From positions 2,852,001 through 2,916,000 of the forward strand of contig CP089279.1 of NCBI GenBank assembly GCA_023920165.1: a stretch of DNA of 64,000 bases. Reading direction: 5' to 3'. Position 1 is the first letter of the stretch. Each line of letters opens with the position of its first letter. The notes beneath the pieces were generated by a model. That model was not told the origin of the DNA, searched no databases, and worked only from the letters and a program-made list of their open reading frames with translations. The DNA is from Curvularia clavata. Lineage: Eukaryota. This document shows positions 62,901 through 64,000 of this stretch, one piece after another. The position numbers and the translations under genes are program-made.

Positions 62901-63962
62901 GGAGATGAAAGATGACGCCGGTTACACCATGACATCACGTATCGAACTTCGGCAAGAAACTCTGGATTGGCGGCAGTACGACGATGGCATGCGGGAACGT
63001 CATTTCGAGATAACCGAAGATCTACTAGAATCCTCTAAGATACAGTGGTTGTATAACGCTTTAGACGAGATTGTTCTTGACGCACCGCGATTATCATGGA
63101 CGAAAGATGAGTGGGTATTCACTCCTTTCAACATAGACTGGCTATCGAACGCCGAGATGGCTTCGAACGCGACCTTTGAAGCTGAAAAAAATTCGATTTC
63201 AGACACTCTAATTTCACCCGCCAACATGTCTGCTGTTACATCTGCGGTTCGAAGCCGGTTGGAATGTTCTCCGATCATCGTTTCGGACTCCAGCTGGCTT
63301 GACCGAGCGGCAGACGTTTACCCGGACCGGACAAACGAGACTTTAACAGGGTTTGCACTACCAACTACCATTTTTAATGGTGAATTATACAACACATCTA
63401 TCTTCTCAGTCCCAAGACGATTATCGTGTTGTGCGAATACTACAGCTTTAGGTCAGCAGGCTGTTGTTGCATACTGGACTAGCAACAGCTCGATGCTTGA
63501 ACCGAAAGATCCTACAGCTCCGCTTCAAAATTGCACCTCGGATGAAAATTCTACAATTTGTACTGCGTTCTCACGTCCTGAAAGTGGGCCTGAGAATGTA
63601 GTTGTTCATGGCTCATGGTATCGCAACTTCACCATAAAATGGATTGTTGGACTGGGAACGACAGCCAAAATCTCTGGAGCTGACCTGTTCGACAAGGTTG
63701 GTTATGAGAACCGTCTAAGTCCACAATATGGAAATGTAGACGAGGAGCTTCTCTACTTTACACAAGAGCCTGCGATATCACTGATCAACTGTGTCCCAGT
63801 TATTGAAGTTGCGAACGCCAGCGTAACCGTAGCCAGGAGTTCTGGAAACGTTCTGGACTACCACTTATTAGTTGATTCTCAGCCTGATCATAATGCATGG
63901 GAGTACGCATGGGATATTGTATATCCTGTTCCAACATCAAACCGTTATGAGGGAAATGTCAG
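59927..63962 (+). CDS. Large membrane glycoprotein with two DUF3433-like domains, 3' end beyond window
   Basis: NWLPYTLRLPYL..WRYTPTIVAV..EDVKRTEAYARM; second copy DWRPSMFH..WDGIDKPMRTLQPYLSM..LTY; introns near 60295, 62802 and donor GTGAGC at 63963. Confidence 0.85.
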
Positions 63963-64000
63963 GTGAGCATTCCGGCTGCTTACATACTGTTTCACGCGCA

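Noticed and set aside
1..64000. tRNA, rRNA, CRISPR arrays or intact transposase/retroelement ORFs
   Set aside because: None recognised by eye; tRNAscan-SE and Infernal would be needed to exclude small RNA genes

Overview
Intron-containing filamentous ascomycete DNA (GT..CTRAC..YAG introns; probably Dothideomycetes/Pleosporales, which is inference). The first ~37 kb is mostly ordinary gene-dense sequence: PAF-acetylhydrolase-like esterase (partial), Zn2Cys6 TF, a divergent Sdh1-type flavoprotein, Tsp3-like tetraspanin, a secreted 14-Cys protein, Pho87/Pho91 SPX transporter, tryptophan synthase, BTB protein, S10 carboxypeptidase, a hydrophilin-like repeat protein, CSC1/OSCA channel, SRP101 and YIF1. 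From ~37.5 to 59.5 kb is an accessory-like tract. It holds three multi-pass receptor-like genes, a DHA2 efflux pump and a divergent Dal5-family transporter/TauD pair, interleaved with four decayed genes (MFS, fructosamine kinase, bHLH, HET), a MITE-like element and TpA-rich relics. A DUF3433-like gene runs off the right end. The most unusual locus is 20481-21787 (-): two paralogous ORFs built from a Cys4 motif I do not recognise, only 89 nt apart. An intron-like sequence lies between them, and its removal puts them in frame across two stop codons, suggesting a bicistronic or recoded unit. All family calls are from motif recognition by eye; no searches were run.
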